A program made the translations under genes and the position numbers. Positions 13,836 to 26,008 of a DNA stretch of 64,000 nt are shown in pieces (positions within the stretch are counted from its first letter, which is position 1; each line of letters starts with the position of its first letter). Origin of the DNA: Xylographa opegraphella. Its lineage: Eukaryota. Below the pieces are notes generated by a model. The model was given only the letters and a program-made list of their open reading frames with translations. It did no database searches and was not told the DNA's origin. The stretch spans positions 62,001 through 126,000 of the forward strand of contig JALDZX010000002.1 of assembly GCA_022813865.1 (NCBI GenBank). Direction: 5' to 3'.

Positions 13836-14432
13836 ATGGCCCCGAAACGAGCCCAAAGCGCGCAAACCCTGTCTACATCCTCCTCCTCGACCGGATCGGG
13901 CTATCTGCAAACCGTCTACCGAGAAGCCATGGCGCCGGAGAACAGGAGCGTCATCCGCAGCGTGGCGATATTCGGGGTAAGTGAGCCCCATCCCGTCTTT
14001 TTAGTCCTTGATGTCTTCGAGCGTGCTGTCACTGCGGAGACAATGTGGACATCAGGCCGGCGGAAAGGTACACCCATTCGGTGGGGACCTTTTAGAAACC
14101 GGCCTCCACGAACAAATCAACCGTCGCCGCACGATCTCCCAAACCTCCCCGCCCTCCACCCTCCCGGCAAACTCGTCCGCGTCCCTCTCCCGCCCAGCGC
14201 GCCGGGGAAGCATCAGCCATGATCCGTGCGAACGACCCAAGCCGGGAATTATGAATCCCCCCATCACAGCGAAGCACAGAAGCACCCACAGCTAACACCT
14301 CCCTCCCCCTCACAGGCCGCGATCGCCTTCTTCGCCAGCAGCTGGAGCGAATACCTCCTTCCGCCGTAAGTGGGCTTCCACTCCACATCTCCCCTTCCAG
14401 CCACTGACACCTCTTCCCGCAACAGCGTCTAA
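13836..14432 (+). CDS. tom6: Mitochondrial outer membrane translocase subunit Tom6
   Basis: Exons 13836-13976, 14316-14365 and 14426-14432 give MAPKR...ENRSVIRSVAIFGAAIAFFASSWSEYLLPPV*, which fits the fungal Tom6 pattern. Confidence 0.88.
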
Positions 14433-15339
14433 AGCGCCCCCAACGCCCCCAACAGCAAAAAAACCGAATACCCCAACCCCTCTCCTTCCTTTCCGTTGAT
14501 TCCAGAACCCCCCCGGGCCCGCAACGGCGCCAGGAACGGAAGCCTGGCCCGTCGAAGGGCAAGCTGGATATTCCGAGGTAGAAAACTTGCAGGTCTGGTG
14601 TACGATAAACGCGCGACATGGAGAGCAAGCGGCAGCAGGCTGCATGTGTCACATACATAATATATTATCGAAGGGGTGCAAACCAGCGTGCCAAAAGGAC
14701 AAGAGTTCTAGCTAGCTAGCTTTGCCTTATACAGCTACCATCTATCCTAGGTCCCACATCTCTGCTCACGGTCGCCGAAGGATGGCCCGTGCTTGATATC
14801 CGATCATCGTAGATAACCATGATTGACTTGGGTGTCATTGGCCGTGAACCCGTCGATTGATTTCGTTGCATAAGGGGCTGGCTGGCTGCGCTTTTTGCCA
14901 CTGGCGTGGGTATTCGACGGAGGTAGGTAAGGTAAGGTAGGCGGCTATTCCCCGTCTGGGTAGATGAACCCACCATACGTGCATGGTACACTCCGTGAAC
15001 CAACAGTCCCCGGCACAGCCACTCTCCTACATGTCCCAAACTCCGGAGCTCCATGGACCAGTCATGGCAATTACAAGTCCACATACCAGAACGCACACAA
15101 GGACACAAGCACAAGCACAAACACATCCACGACGCGCACATGGAAAAACCACGTATACTATATACTCAAATCCTGCCTCACTCCCCCCCACCCCACGGAC
15201 TCTAATCATCATAAAAAAATCTATAGATGCCAAAACGAGCTTTTTCCGCCCTCGTAGCTATATGCTCATTCCCCGAAAAAAAACCCCCAGAGTATAATTT
15301 CCCACCATCCCCCCCCACCCACCTCTCCCCCTTTCCGGC

Positions 15340-17633
15340 TCAACCACAATACTCCATCGCCGGACACCCAACCGCAGTACCGTAATAATTCCCCGACACC
15401 TTCGCGACCTGCAACACGGCACCCACGATCCCGCCCAAGCCCTCGCCGGCAATAAAGCCCGCCGCGACAGCGTAGCAATACATGCCAAAAGCCATGGGGT
15501 AATTCCTGCGCCAGAGGTAAGCGATGGTACTACCAAAGGCCATAGCGGTGGGATAAGTGGTGGTGTTCAGGATGAAGGCGATGCCGATGGCGTTCATGTT
15601 GGGGACCCAGACGTGCTTGTGGACGGGCACGAAGCGGTACTTGACGACGGTGACGAGGACGGCGAGGATGCCGAAGGCGATGCTGGTGTAGCCCGACGAG
15701 GGCGGGATGGGCAGCGTGGGGCTGGTGACGGCGACGGCGATGACGCGCCAGGCGCCGACGTCCGGGGCGGGGAAGCTGCAGAGGCCCGGCACCGCGAGGT
15801 CGTTGATGCACGGGTACGCGGCCGAGAAGAGGACGTACATGCCCACCGACATGAAGATGGAGACGATGGCCCCGCACAGCTGCGCGTAGAACTGCACCCG
15901 CGGGCTCGCCCGCAGCAGGTGCGTCGTCTTGAGGTCGCCGAGCATGTCGGCCGACTGCTCCGACGCGCCGAGCGCCAGCATGCCGCCCGCGAGGTTGAGC
16001 ATCTGCGCGTCCTTGACTGGGTACTTGCCGCGCGTGACGCCGCCGATGACGAGCTGCGACGCGTTGCCGATGGAGGTCACGGGCGTGATGTTCGTGCGGC
16101 CGGAGCTCTCGCACCCGATGAAGGAGAAGATGAAGGCGAAGACGATGGAGAGGATGGTGACGCCGACGGACTGGCCGAACTGGAGCGCCAGCACGAGGCA
16201 GGAGAAGAAGGCGCTGAGCACGATGAGGCCCGTCCACTGCCACCACGGCACTTGCTCGTGCGCCGGCGCGGGGTCGTAGATCAGGTCTTTCTCGTCGACT
16301 TCGATGCTGCGGAAGCGGCGGAACAAAGGTTGGAGCACCTGCACGAGAGACGCCCAGAGCGTGCGGTAGTTGGCGCCCACTTCGGCGAAGGAGCCGCATA
16401 GCAAGAGCATGGTGCCGGGCCTGGCGCGGTGGTTAGTCTTGGTCGCGTGATGAAATCGGTAACGGGGCGCGTGCTTACCATACGAGCCAGTATCGAGGAC
16501 TAGGAGCGTTAACGGGATCGGCCAGAATCATGGAGTTATAATTCATATATCCCGGGTACTGCGCGGAAACAGCCTCGCCAAAAGCCTTGCCTGTAGTGAC
16601 CAAAGCGGGGCCGATGATACCCCACGCCAGAGCGGAGCCGCCGAGGAAGGACCACGAGGCATTGAGTCCAGTCAGCATCCCGACGCCGATGAACGCGGGG
16701 GTCCACTCCCAGATCCAGTTCCAACTTTCGACCGCGATGATCCAATCCCAGCCAAGACTGTATAGCGTCCAGCTCCAGTGCCAATCCCAGAGTATGCCCG
16801 GGGCGTACTCGGAAACACATCGCAGGGTGATCGCTGCACAGAAGGCGATGATCAGGGCATTGGTCTTCTTCTTCGCATTGGCTTCCGCGTTCTTCCCCAC
16901 GTGGAGAGATCGAATGGTGTGCGCGGCGGCCACGGCGCTGGGGAAGACCAGCTTCTGCTTCAGGATGTAAAATTTGCGCAAGGGAATGGCGAAGGCCATG
17001 CCGTAGAAGGCACAGCAGAAGGTGAAGGTGATCAGCCTGCCGAAGTCTGCTTGCGGGGAGGCGCCCAGGAGGCCAAGCTGATACGCAGCAGGGAATCCGG
17101 AGGTGAAGAGCAATCCAAGGGAGCCGGCCGCCGTGGCCGCCGATTGACAGCAGACATTCTCCTTGGGTCCAAAGTAGCCGCCGCCAAAGTGTTTGGGAAG
17201 CGCTTTGGAAAGGGGCTTGAGGATGGCGTAGCCGAATATGGAGCCGAAGAGGGAGGCTCCAAAGGTCCAGCCAGTCTTGAGACCGAGATAGACGCTAGCA
17301 TCACCGTCAATGGATGTTGCTTCGGGTCGACGAACGGGCAACCTACTTCGATGCAGCAATGACGCCACCCAACATGCATCCGACCAAGACGGCGCGGACG
17401 GTGAACTGCTGCGTCTCCAGCTCCTCATTCGGGTCGAGTGGGAATTGCTCATCGTGGTAGAGAATGGGAATGGCCTGGTCCTCTTCCTCGACAGCGACAA
17501 CTTCGCCCTTCTCGACATTGATGCTCGGGTCGTTTGAGCTCGTCTTCTCGCCCTTGATGATATTGCGGATGGTTGCATCGGTCAGAGTCGTGGTGGACCC
17601 CGTCCCAATCGCTCCACCCACGGTGCCACTCAT
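15340..17633 (-). CDS. OPT-superfamily (YSL-type) oligopeptide/metal-chelate transporter
   Basis: FTVRAVLVG, YLGLKTGW, PKENVCCQSAATA, FPSAVAAAHTIRSLH, DLKTTHLL and AGFIAGEG motifs. Introns at about 17291-17346 and 16421-16478. Confidence 0.93.
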
Positions 17634-19372
17634 GATGAAAGCAACAAGATCGATATGAAATCTAATCTAACAAGAAGGCATGAAATCAAATTGCATGGAA
17701 TTGCAGGTTGATAGAGGAAACATCGCCAGCACGGAGAGCATATATCCATTTCCTCCCCGGTCCTGCCTCCAAACATCTGACCGAGCCATGATGCCATCGT
17801 GCACAATCACTATCTACGGTATCTGGTCGCTCGTGCAACTCGTCGACGTCTTAGCCCGGCGGGTGCAGTCCGCGCAGCAGCTGCCCTATCTGTGTATAGT
17901 ACATTCCAGATCGCCCAGATTGGGGCTAGAGATTGGTCGTCGAATTAGGAAGGACGACAAGTCTTTCGCCTGGCTTCTGCATAGCGGGACTTGGACGTCG
18001 TGGGTTGTGGTAAATACTGCCGATCCCAGGGAAGGGCAGAACATTGGAGACATGCATCGCGCCAAGCATGATGGCCCGATCGGAGACTTGGCCTGTATCA
18101 TGTACCACAATAAAATAACCGAACTTTCTGTTGAGGAGAAAGGGAGAAAGGCGGAGTTTAGGTCCTATGGCGGCGATTGCGTCGTGGCGGCTAATAGTGA
18201 TTACATAAGTAGCTTAGCCTCTTCGGGCGACTGATATCGCGTTCGGCGGGGTAAAATAATAAGGCTCTGATACTTCACGCTAGACCGTCTACACCAAGGA
18301 CGTCAACTCAATCTGACGTACTGCCTCTCTTTACCTACCTCCCTACCTCCCTACCTCATCCTACCTCAAGGTATTTACTTCCACCGTCCCGTAGTACAAC
18401 GTGCATGTGAAAATAGCGTCTAGCATCAGAATCTAACCGAGAAGCCTCCGATAAGGCATTTGATAAGCTGGAACTTTCTTCCTGCTCTCGCGCCCCCATC
18501 CCTAAGGTATGCAGACAGCCTCCACAAGTTTTGCAAAGACCGCCGATAACAAGCAACGCCTACAACGCCCCCCCTCTCGCCGTGAAGTCCGTCCCTATCG
18601 ATAAACAACCGCTTCTCTCCCGTCCAAGCCCCGTAGGTCAGCAGACGGGATGAGGAGAAAACTAGTCCTGGTCGCCGTTTATAATGTTTTTCTTCCACCG
18701 GTTTGAAGCTTTTACTTCCTGAGCTTAGCCGGACGGGCGTTCGCTGATCGGCGCCGGAGTTGGGGGCTACGAGCGCCATCGCGTCAGCCATTGACGTGCG
18801 CGGAAACCGACCACAAAATGTGGTGGCGCGGGGTCGAGGTCAACTTCCACCAATACACGTGCATTCGATGGTCATCGTAGAATAAATTACAGGGTAGAGT
18901 TTACGTGGGGGTTCGCAATCAGCAAAGGGACAATAATCACGTTGGACGCGCTTTCTTGGTTTCAAATGACTGCATCGGGTTACACGAAGTGTAGATATGT
19001 ATCCCTATCAACACAGCCAGACCGAGCGTAGAGAGCCGAGACGGGCACGGGGCAAAAGTGACAAACACGAGGAAAGAAAAAGCACGGGCCGAAAGGTTCC
19101 CTGTTTGACCTTCAATCGGCCGCGCGAGATCAGACTGTGGAACTGAAGGGAGGAAATGGTCGTCAGTCGTATGGTTGCCCATCGTTGCTTTAGCTCTGCC
19201 GTAAATCGTGAGGCGCATAGAATTCATGTCGGGCAAAATGGATGGCAGCCGGGGGAATAGCGATACTGCAGACGGAAAATGTAGGTGAGAGGGTTAGAAA
19301 ACAAGACGAACAACTTTGCGGTGTCGTCGATCCGAGAAGTCGATCTGGTGGGTGGTGTCGTTGGGAGGCGCC

Positions 19373-22300
19373 TCAATGCGGATTCGAATATCCTTCGTAT
19401 GGCACCTGCCACGACATATTGGCTGCATCCGCGTCGGCTTGCGTGTTGCTCGAGCCAGGCGCGTTGGTCTGGCCGAAGAGAAGGTGATGGAAGGTTTGCC
19501 CGTAGGGATCTGGAGCGATATGTTGAGGCAGGCATCCGGGCGGCCGGTGTAAGGACTGGTGGTGCTGGTTGATGGGTAGGTACAGGTGCGGCGAAGCGGG
19601 CGAATCTGCAGAACCCTGTGACTGCGGAGGTGACGGGAATTGCGAGAATTGGTGAGCGGCACCCCCGGCTGGGGGTGCTTCGCCGGAGCACGGCAAGAAA
19701 GAATTGCGTCGCATCTCTGGTACGTACTTCTGGGAAGCCTCTTGATGTTTCGCGGCCGTAGATATCTGAAACGGGGTCATCTTCCGGTAAACATGGGCAT
19801 CCGTCGCCGCCGTGGGCATTTCTGGGAAAACGGAACAATCCAAGTTCGTGTAAGGGACGGCAGCTGTGGCTGGTGACAGAACGCCGGGGGTCGTGGAGAG
19901 ACCGTTTGGAGCGGCGAGAAATGACCATGGCAGAGCGGTTTCGAGCATATCGATGTGCATATTGGAAGCGGCGACGTCTAACGATTGCATGGGTGACTTC
20001 GGATTTTCGTCCGGACTGGAATTCTGTTGTCGTCGATCTTTCACCGAGCTCACACTATTTCGCTTGTGTGCTGCAGTTGATGTCCGCTTGTGCTTTTCCG
20101 TCGTTCTCTTTTCCGATGACCTCTTCTCCAAAGCCTTGTTTGGAGAGCCTGATTTGGCATCGGTCTTGCGGTGCTTTCTCACCTTGTCGGACAGTGTGCT
20201 GGAACACTCTTGTCCGCCATGGTCATGTGCAGCGCTCTTGGGGCTCACAATTTGAGGCATATCTGGGCGAGATATCCCATGCGTGAAGGGCGAAAGAACA
20301 AACGGTAACGTGCCAAACAGTTCTGCATTTTCAAGCAACCTCGAGCCATGCGTTTTAAGCGTAGCCACTTCCAATCTGTTCCCTGCTCTGTGCGCAGCCA
20401 GAAGCGCGCCGAGACTCTCGATAGCTTCACTCATTAAGCTGTGCAAGCTGAAGGTATCCAGCTCCATGAAGATATTATAGGTATCCCGAACCATTCCAAT
20501 GTCCTTGTCTTCTCCTGTCTCAATCATCATGGTCCAAGCTGCATGCAGGGCCTGCTGTCGGGTGGCCCAGCCTATCATCGGGGCTGAATCACAGCAATTG
20601 AACCACGCGAAGACTTTGAGTATTGAACGGCACGACTTGAAGATTTGCCCTGAAGGGGCAAGTTCAACATCAACAATGTGACTTACATTATTGCCGGCTC
20701 GTTGACCACTATTGTCTTTGGCAATGCGGGTAACATTGCGTTGCTGGCGGAAGAGCATTAGCAAAAGATGATGCGTTTCACTGTGCAGCAGGGCGGCATC
20801 TTGGTTCTCGAGTCCGAACTTGCCGTCGACTATCCAATCATCCTGGAATCTCATCGAAGTAGGTATGGCGTTTTGCAATTTTATTACAAAATCCGCAAAT
20901 TCTCCAGACTGCGCAATCGATGAGTTATTTTCGGACAAGATTTTTCTCGCGAGTAGGGTGAAGTGATTGGTGTAAGCGTTCAAGCAGCGCCGTTCTAAGC
21001 CGTTCTCGATCAAGTTGGTCCATGGACAATCCCCGACGCTGGAGACTACCAGCGGCCGTCCAAGAGCGATAGAGTACTGTTGGTCCATGTGCAACATCCA
21101 CCACCACAACCTTTGTCTAGTGCAAGCCTCTGTAGGCGATACAGGCGGACGAAGCTGGGCCGGATTTCGGTACACTGTGAAACTTAGTGATTAGACCGGC
21201 CTGCAGCGGTTCCACTTACTACCAAGCCCTTGAGCCAATCTGACCATAATGGCGAATAGTGACGAAGCATCCAGGGATCTGCCCGTGTTGGCCAGGTATG
21301 CATCAATGATAAGGAGTGTTTCGACCACTCGTATGGTAGGTCTGCTCATAAAGGATGCGGTCCTAAGCGCTTGCATAGAGGCCGCAACTAACCTTATTAT
21401 TAGTATACATAGACCTCAAAAGCGTGGTGGGACTCATACCGAACAAATCTCCCTTCTGTTGATAGTTCTGCTTCGATCCCATAGCGCTTCTCTTATTATT
21501 TCGCGCATGGCCCTCACAGACCACGCCTACTGCTAACGTGGCAAGCAGGAGGGCAACTCGATCGGGGTACACAGTGGAACTGTGCTCAAAGTTCCCAAGG
21601 AACTGCTCTACCTCCGGCGAAGTGCATTCTTCCGGAATATAGGGCAAGAACAGAGCCTGGGCTCCGTATCTGAATGCGTCCAGTAACATGAACAGGTCAT
21701 GTTTGGTGGGAAGAAGATCACTAAAACCCGATGTCCCTTGGATCGCGCGCCAAAGTGTGGGAAATGGGTACGTAGTGGCCATCTGAAGGGGGAAGCACTT
21801 TGTGATTGTAACATCCGAGGATTCGAGCTCGGTTGTCTTTAGTTCATCTCCTATACTCGACTGCCTTCCAGTATCAAATAAAGGAGCGGTTGGGTTTCCC
21901 TGTTGTTTCTTGCTTCCATCTGCAATAGGCCTCACTTCAACTGATGCCTCTGCTGGCTTATCGCGATAATGTCGCCTTGAGCTCTGATGAACCGCGGATT
22001 TCCCTAATTCTTTAGACAAAAGGTCTGCCTTTCGTTTTCCTAATTGTCGCTGATCACTATCTGGATGTCGAGAGATCTTAGAAGACTGTTCCTCCAGCAT
22101 TCGAATCTCTTCTCGAAGCCGAGCAATTTCTCGGTCCTTACCCTTCAGAGCCTCTGCTTGGAGGATCGGATGTCTCTCAGCCTCAGTAAGCTCATAATGA
22201 CAGAGATCTGCTTGCTGATGCAACGAACAGGCAGTACAAGGCTGTATGCGATCACACTGAGAAGAGTCAATACCAAGAACCGAAGTCCACCACCAGCACC

Positions 22301-22465
22301 AAGCTGCCATGTGCGTACCTTGACCTTACGAGTTCGGCATGCATTACAAGATAGCTGTGGACGTTTCGATTTCTCTCGCGTTGTGAGCAACGGTCTCTCC
22401 GATGTTGTTGAAAGATCAGAAGGCGAAGTAGACGAGCTGACGGGCTCGGTTTTGACTACTAACAT
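19373..22465 (-). CDS. Zn(II)2Cys6 transcription factor with fungal-specific TF (middle homology) domain
   Basis: CNACRTRKVK|CDRIQPCTAC...C across intron 22257-22318; RQRLWWWMLHMDQQYSIALGRP motif. Further introns 21388-21439 and 21175-21219. Confidence 0.9.
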
Positions 22466-24854
22466 GATTTGATGTTAGGGGGAGTGACAGCAATTTCACG
22501 CAACGCCAGCACATCAGGCATGAAGAATCCGTTACAGAAAGCTATAGCTACATAATTGCAGCTCCAAGGTTTAGTCTAAAGGGGAGAAGGTCGGTCATCA
22601 TCCAATCAGCAAATGATGGTAATATGTGATGGTAGCCCCAAAAGCCCCGCATAAGTAGCCGCATTTCTCGGGAAGCAGGTGCAGTATGTAGAGACAAGAC
22701 CCAAGGTAGGAAATCAATGTCCACCGCACTTGGGCGATACCGTCCACAGGAAGGTGGAAGAGGCGCCACGAACGAAGCGATTGGTGCGCAGTAGGCACGG
22801 CATAGGGTAGGCGCATGGCTGCAAACCATTCGGCTAGACCTAAATACGACAACCTCCTGGCAATGAAACTCAAAAGACACGGCCTTTGAGCCCTCGATAT
22901 CGGCGTCAGCTTTCGAAATGAGCACCAGATCTCGAGCTAATGTGTGGACGCCGAGCAGATTGTCGGCAACGAGAAGTCACACGATCGATGAAGAGCGCCG
23001 AGGAGTGGCTTGCAGAGAGTCATGTCTCTACTGATTGGGAATGCGCTTGTAACATGGCACAAAATGAACGACTCGTAAACCACGAACGTGGGGAGAGAGA
23101 GGACACATGGCAAGGTATTTCCATGCCATCCACCTCAGCCAGTGTAGATCATGGCTAGTACAATGCAACAAGAGATGCGATGAGAGGTCGGCAGGCTCCG
23201 CAAAAGGCAGCAGGAAAAAGCGTCCGCAAGACCGAGATGCTCCCTCTGCGGCGTGAGAATGCAAGACATTCTCGTGACCATGGTGTGTTCGTGGATCAGC
23301 AGCGAGGAGAGCTAGAGCAGCAAGAGCGCCCTGAGGTCGAGGTGGTCAGCCTGAAGGGGATCATTGGTCTGGGATGAAGGAGAGCGTGTGAAGAATAATC
23401 ATATGGATGCGATCTGGAGTTTGGAATCCGACAGGTGGAGTCACGCCAGCCGATATCGGGTCTAGGCTACGTCGATAGTGCGCCGGAACCGGGACAGGGA
23501 AGTGGGCGGGCCATCATCATCCTAAATCCACACGCTTTCAATCCAGTCAACAACAACGAGAGCACACCATCCCCGTCTTCACTTCAGCGTTCTCGATCAT
23601 GCGGCAGCAGATTGTGGCGCCGTCGCACCTGGGGATCCTCGAGATCCCGGCTACCAGGTTGCCGCCGCGTAGACCTTGCAGGCGGCGGAAAGACCCCAGT
23701 CCGAGTATTTGTCATCTCGAGGACTCGAGGATTCGACGAATCGACGAATGATCTACCCACCAGCATGCATGCACTTACGCCCGCGGTCCTAGAGAAGGCC
23801 GGGCGAGATCTGGCGACGAAGGCCTGTTGGCTGCCATTGCCACAGTTGCGATGCATCACATTGATCCGGGCAAAGAGGACGGCGCGGACGCTGTTCCTCG
23901 TGTGGTGTCGTATTCTCCCACACAAGCGATGAGATTCGAGGCATAGGTAGCAAAGCTTTCGCACCTCATCCATGGTTCGGAGCAACGCGCATTGTGTGGG
24001 CCGTGGGGTCCGGACCCGGTATCTGGGTCCAGTCTGCAAGAGACCCAAAGAAGAGACAATCTTGGAGAATGCTGCAGCGGAGATCTTCCTAGCCGTCAGC
24101 CAATGATCTACTACTCATGCACACTCTCATCAGAGACAGCCCCATTTTGTTCCCTAAAATTGGGGCTTCAACCGGGAGTTCCCGCCCTGGCTCCCTCTCG
24201 CCCTTCGGTGAGGGAATTGATCCGATAGGAAGGTTTGGGTCGTACAGACTGTGGAACTCCACATTACATGGACGCTGAACTAGCTGACAGGGGAAGGAAC
24301 AGTCATCTCATAGGCCATGAAAGCGTCGCTACTGCTTACTGCATGCGCGGACGGACGAACTGGCCGGGAGAGCATGCAACCATCAGCTAATTATATTCAG
24401 GTCCGCCCCAATACAGGTGTTCAAGAACGTCATCGAGAATCTCTCCCAAGTGCTTCTCCGCCTGAACGTGCTATGAAGAGGTCAGGGTATCGTGAAGATA
24501 ACCTTGTTTGCAGAACCACCTTTGAAATCCAACACCATGAAAGCTACCACTCGTGTCTCTTTCACATCGTTTCGAGAAGCCAGTCATACTCGAAGCATGC
24601 CGATAATCTGTTGAATAGGCGTCCGATTGGCCTCCAAGGCCATAACCTGCGGCAGTCGCATTCAACAAAGCTGCCACTTTCCTTGCGAGGTATCGTATCA
24701 GCAAGGTATGCGCAAACAGCAACGTACTCCTCGAAGCACTTTTGAGGTTGTTTCAAAATCCAGAAGCGAACATTTTGTACGTAAGAATGTAATTATCGTT
24801 ATATTTTAAACATGGCCATTCCAGCAGCCACAATATATTTCTTTCCACATGTCG

Positions 24855-26008
24855 TTAGCTAAGTGTGACTTTCTGGCTTTTTGCGCCGGCGTTGTCGGCC
24901 AGGTACAAGAGGGCGCTGCCGCCGAGGCTCAACAAGCCAGGCCAGCTCGTCTGAGGCTGAAAGACATCGATCTTGTTTCCCCAAGTCATTCCGCCGTCTC
25001 GACTGGTGACAAGTTTCGCAGCTTCCACCACTTAGCACGGCTCCTAGGATCGCTCGGTTCTGACTTACCAGTTCCTGCTGTCGCATTGTACCCTTGAAGG
25101 TCTTCATTTTGAAGGTCTTCATCTGACATAAAGCTTGTACATAATATTCCGCCTACATTGACCACTTGCGGGGCGTTGGCGTTGTGGTTGGCGCCTGTGG
25201 GCGCGTACACGATCTGTCTGTTGCCCCACGTCGTGCCGTCGTCTGCCGAACTGACAGAGTTGACGGTAAAAAACCCGTTTTGCTCGGATTCGAAGACAGC
25301 AATGAGCTTGCTCCCGGAGACCGTTGCCACGCCGAGCATACCATCGCGGGCAGTTATACCTGCGCCGGAGATGGTGGTGGGCAACGACCATGTCCTTCCG
25401 CCATCTGTGGAGGTTCTCATCAAGCTGTCTTGGTCCACCGGAGAGTTCTCTCGCGAGTAGAACAACTGCAAGCATCCGTCCTGAGCATTGCGTAGGAAAG
25501 GTTCCCAGTTCCCATTTGGCTCCCCTGGATCGCTGGCCGGAGTCGATAGATAAGACCAGGTTGCCCCAAAGTCATCGGAGTACGAGATTGTGATCCGGAA
25601 GTACGTGTAGAGGCCTGTGGCAGGATTCTTGTCATGATTTCGATAAGCTAGAAGAACCCTTCCACTGGGCAGCTGGAGAGGGTAAGGATTGTCGAGGTCG
25701 CTCGAAATGCTTGGCCTGCTAGCGGCCGTCCCGGTGATTCTCCAGCTCGCGCCATTGTCAGTAGAAGTGGTGAGAGTCAGGACGTTGTTGCCATTGTTGA
25801 ATGCTGTGTAGGCGCCTAAGATGTGCCCGGTCGATAAGAAGTTGGCTCTCGGGTAAGTTCCACCTCCTCCAGAAGTCATGTCTGTAGCTACACCGGAGAG
25901 AGCCGTGATACCACTCGCACATCCGATGGGAGCCGAAAGTGAAAAGCGGATAAGGCATAGGAAATAGTATGCGAGAGGCAACGTACAGCAAACCATAGAA
26001 CAAGCCAT
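24855..26008 (-). CDS. Secreted BNR/Asp-box beta-propeller glycoside hydrolase (GH93-like exo-arabinanase)
   Basis: Signal-peptide-like N-terminus; repeated Asp boxes (STDNGASW, SDDFGATW, STDGGRTW, SADDGTTW, SRDGGMTW); GNWEPF. Intron 25022-25068 restores the C-terminus ...KSQKVTLS*. Confidence 0.9.

Noticed and set aside
15530..16401. Long overlapping and antisense ORFs (289 and 262 aa) over the OPT gene
   Set aside because: Shadow ORFs caused by extreme GC3; no independent motifs.
18332..18367. TACCT-rich microrepeat (reverse form also at 14921-14941)
   Set aside because: Common low-complexity motif in ascomycete intergenic DNA; no specific function can be supported.
22548..24809. Many short ORFs between the Zn2Cys6 gene and the GH93-like gene
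   Set aside because: No motifs or codon bias; probably promoter or long 5' UTR.
25097..25123. 15-bp in-frame duplication in the GH93-like gene (EDLQN-EDLQ)
   Set aside because: Small loop-scale insertion with no evident consequence.
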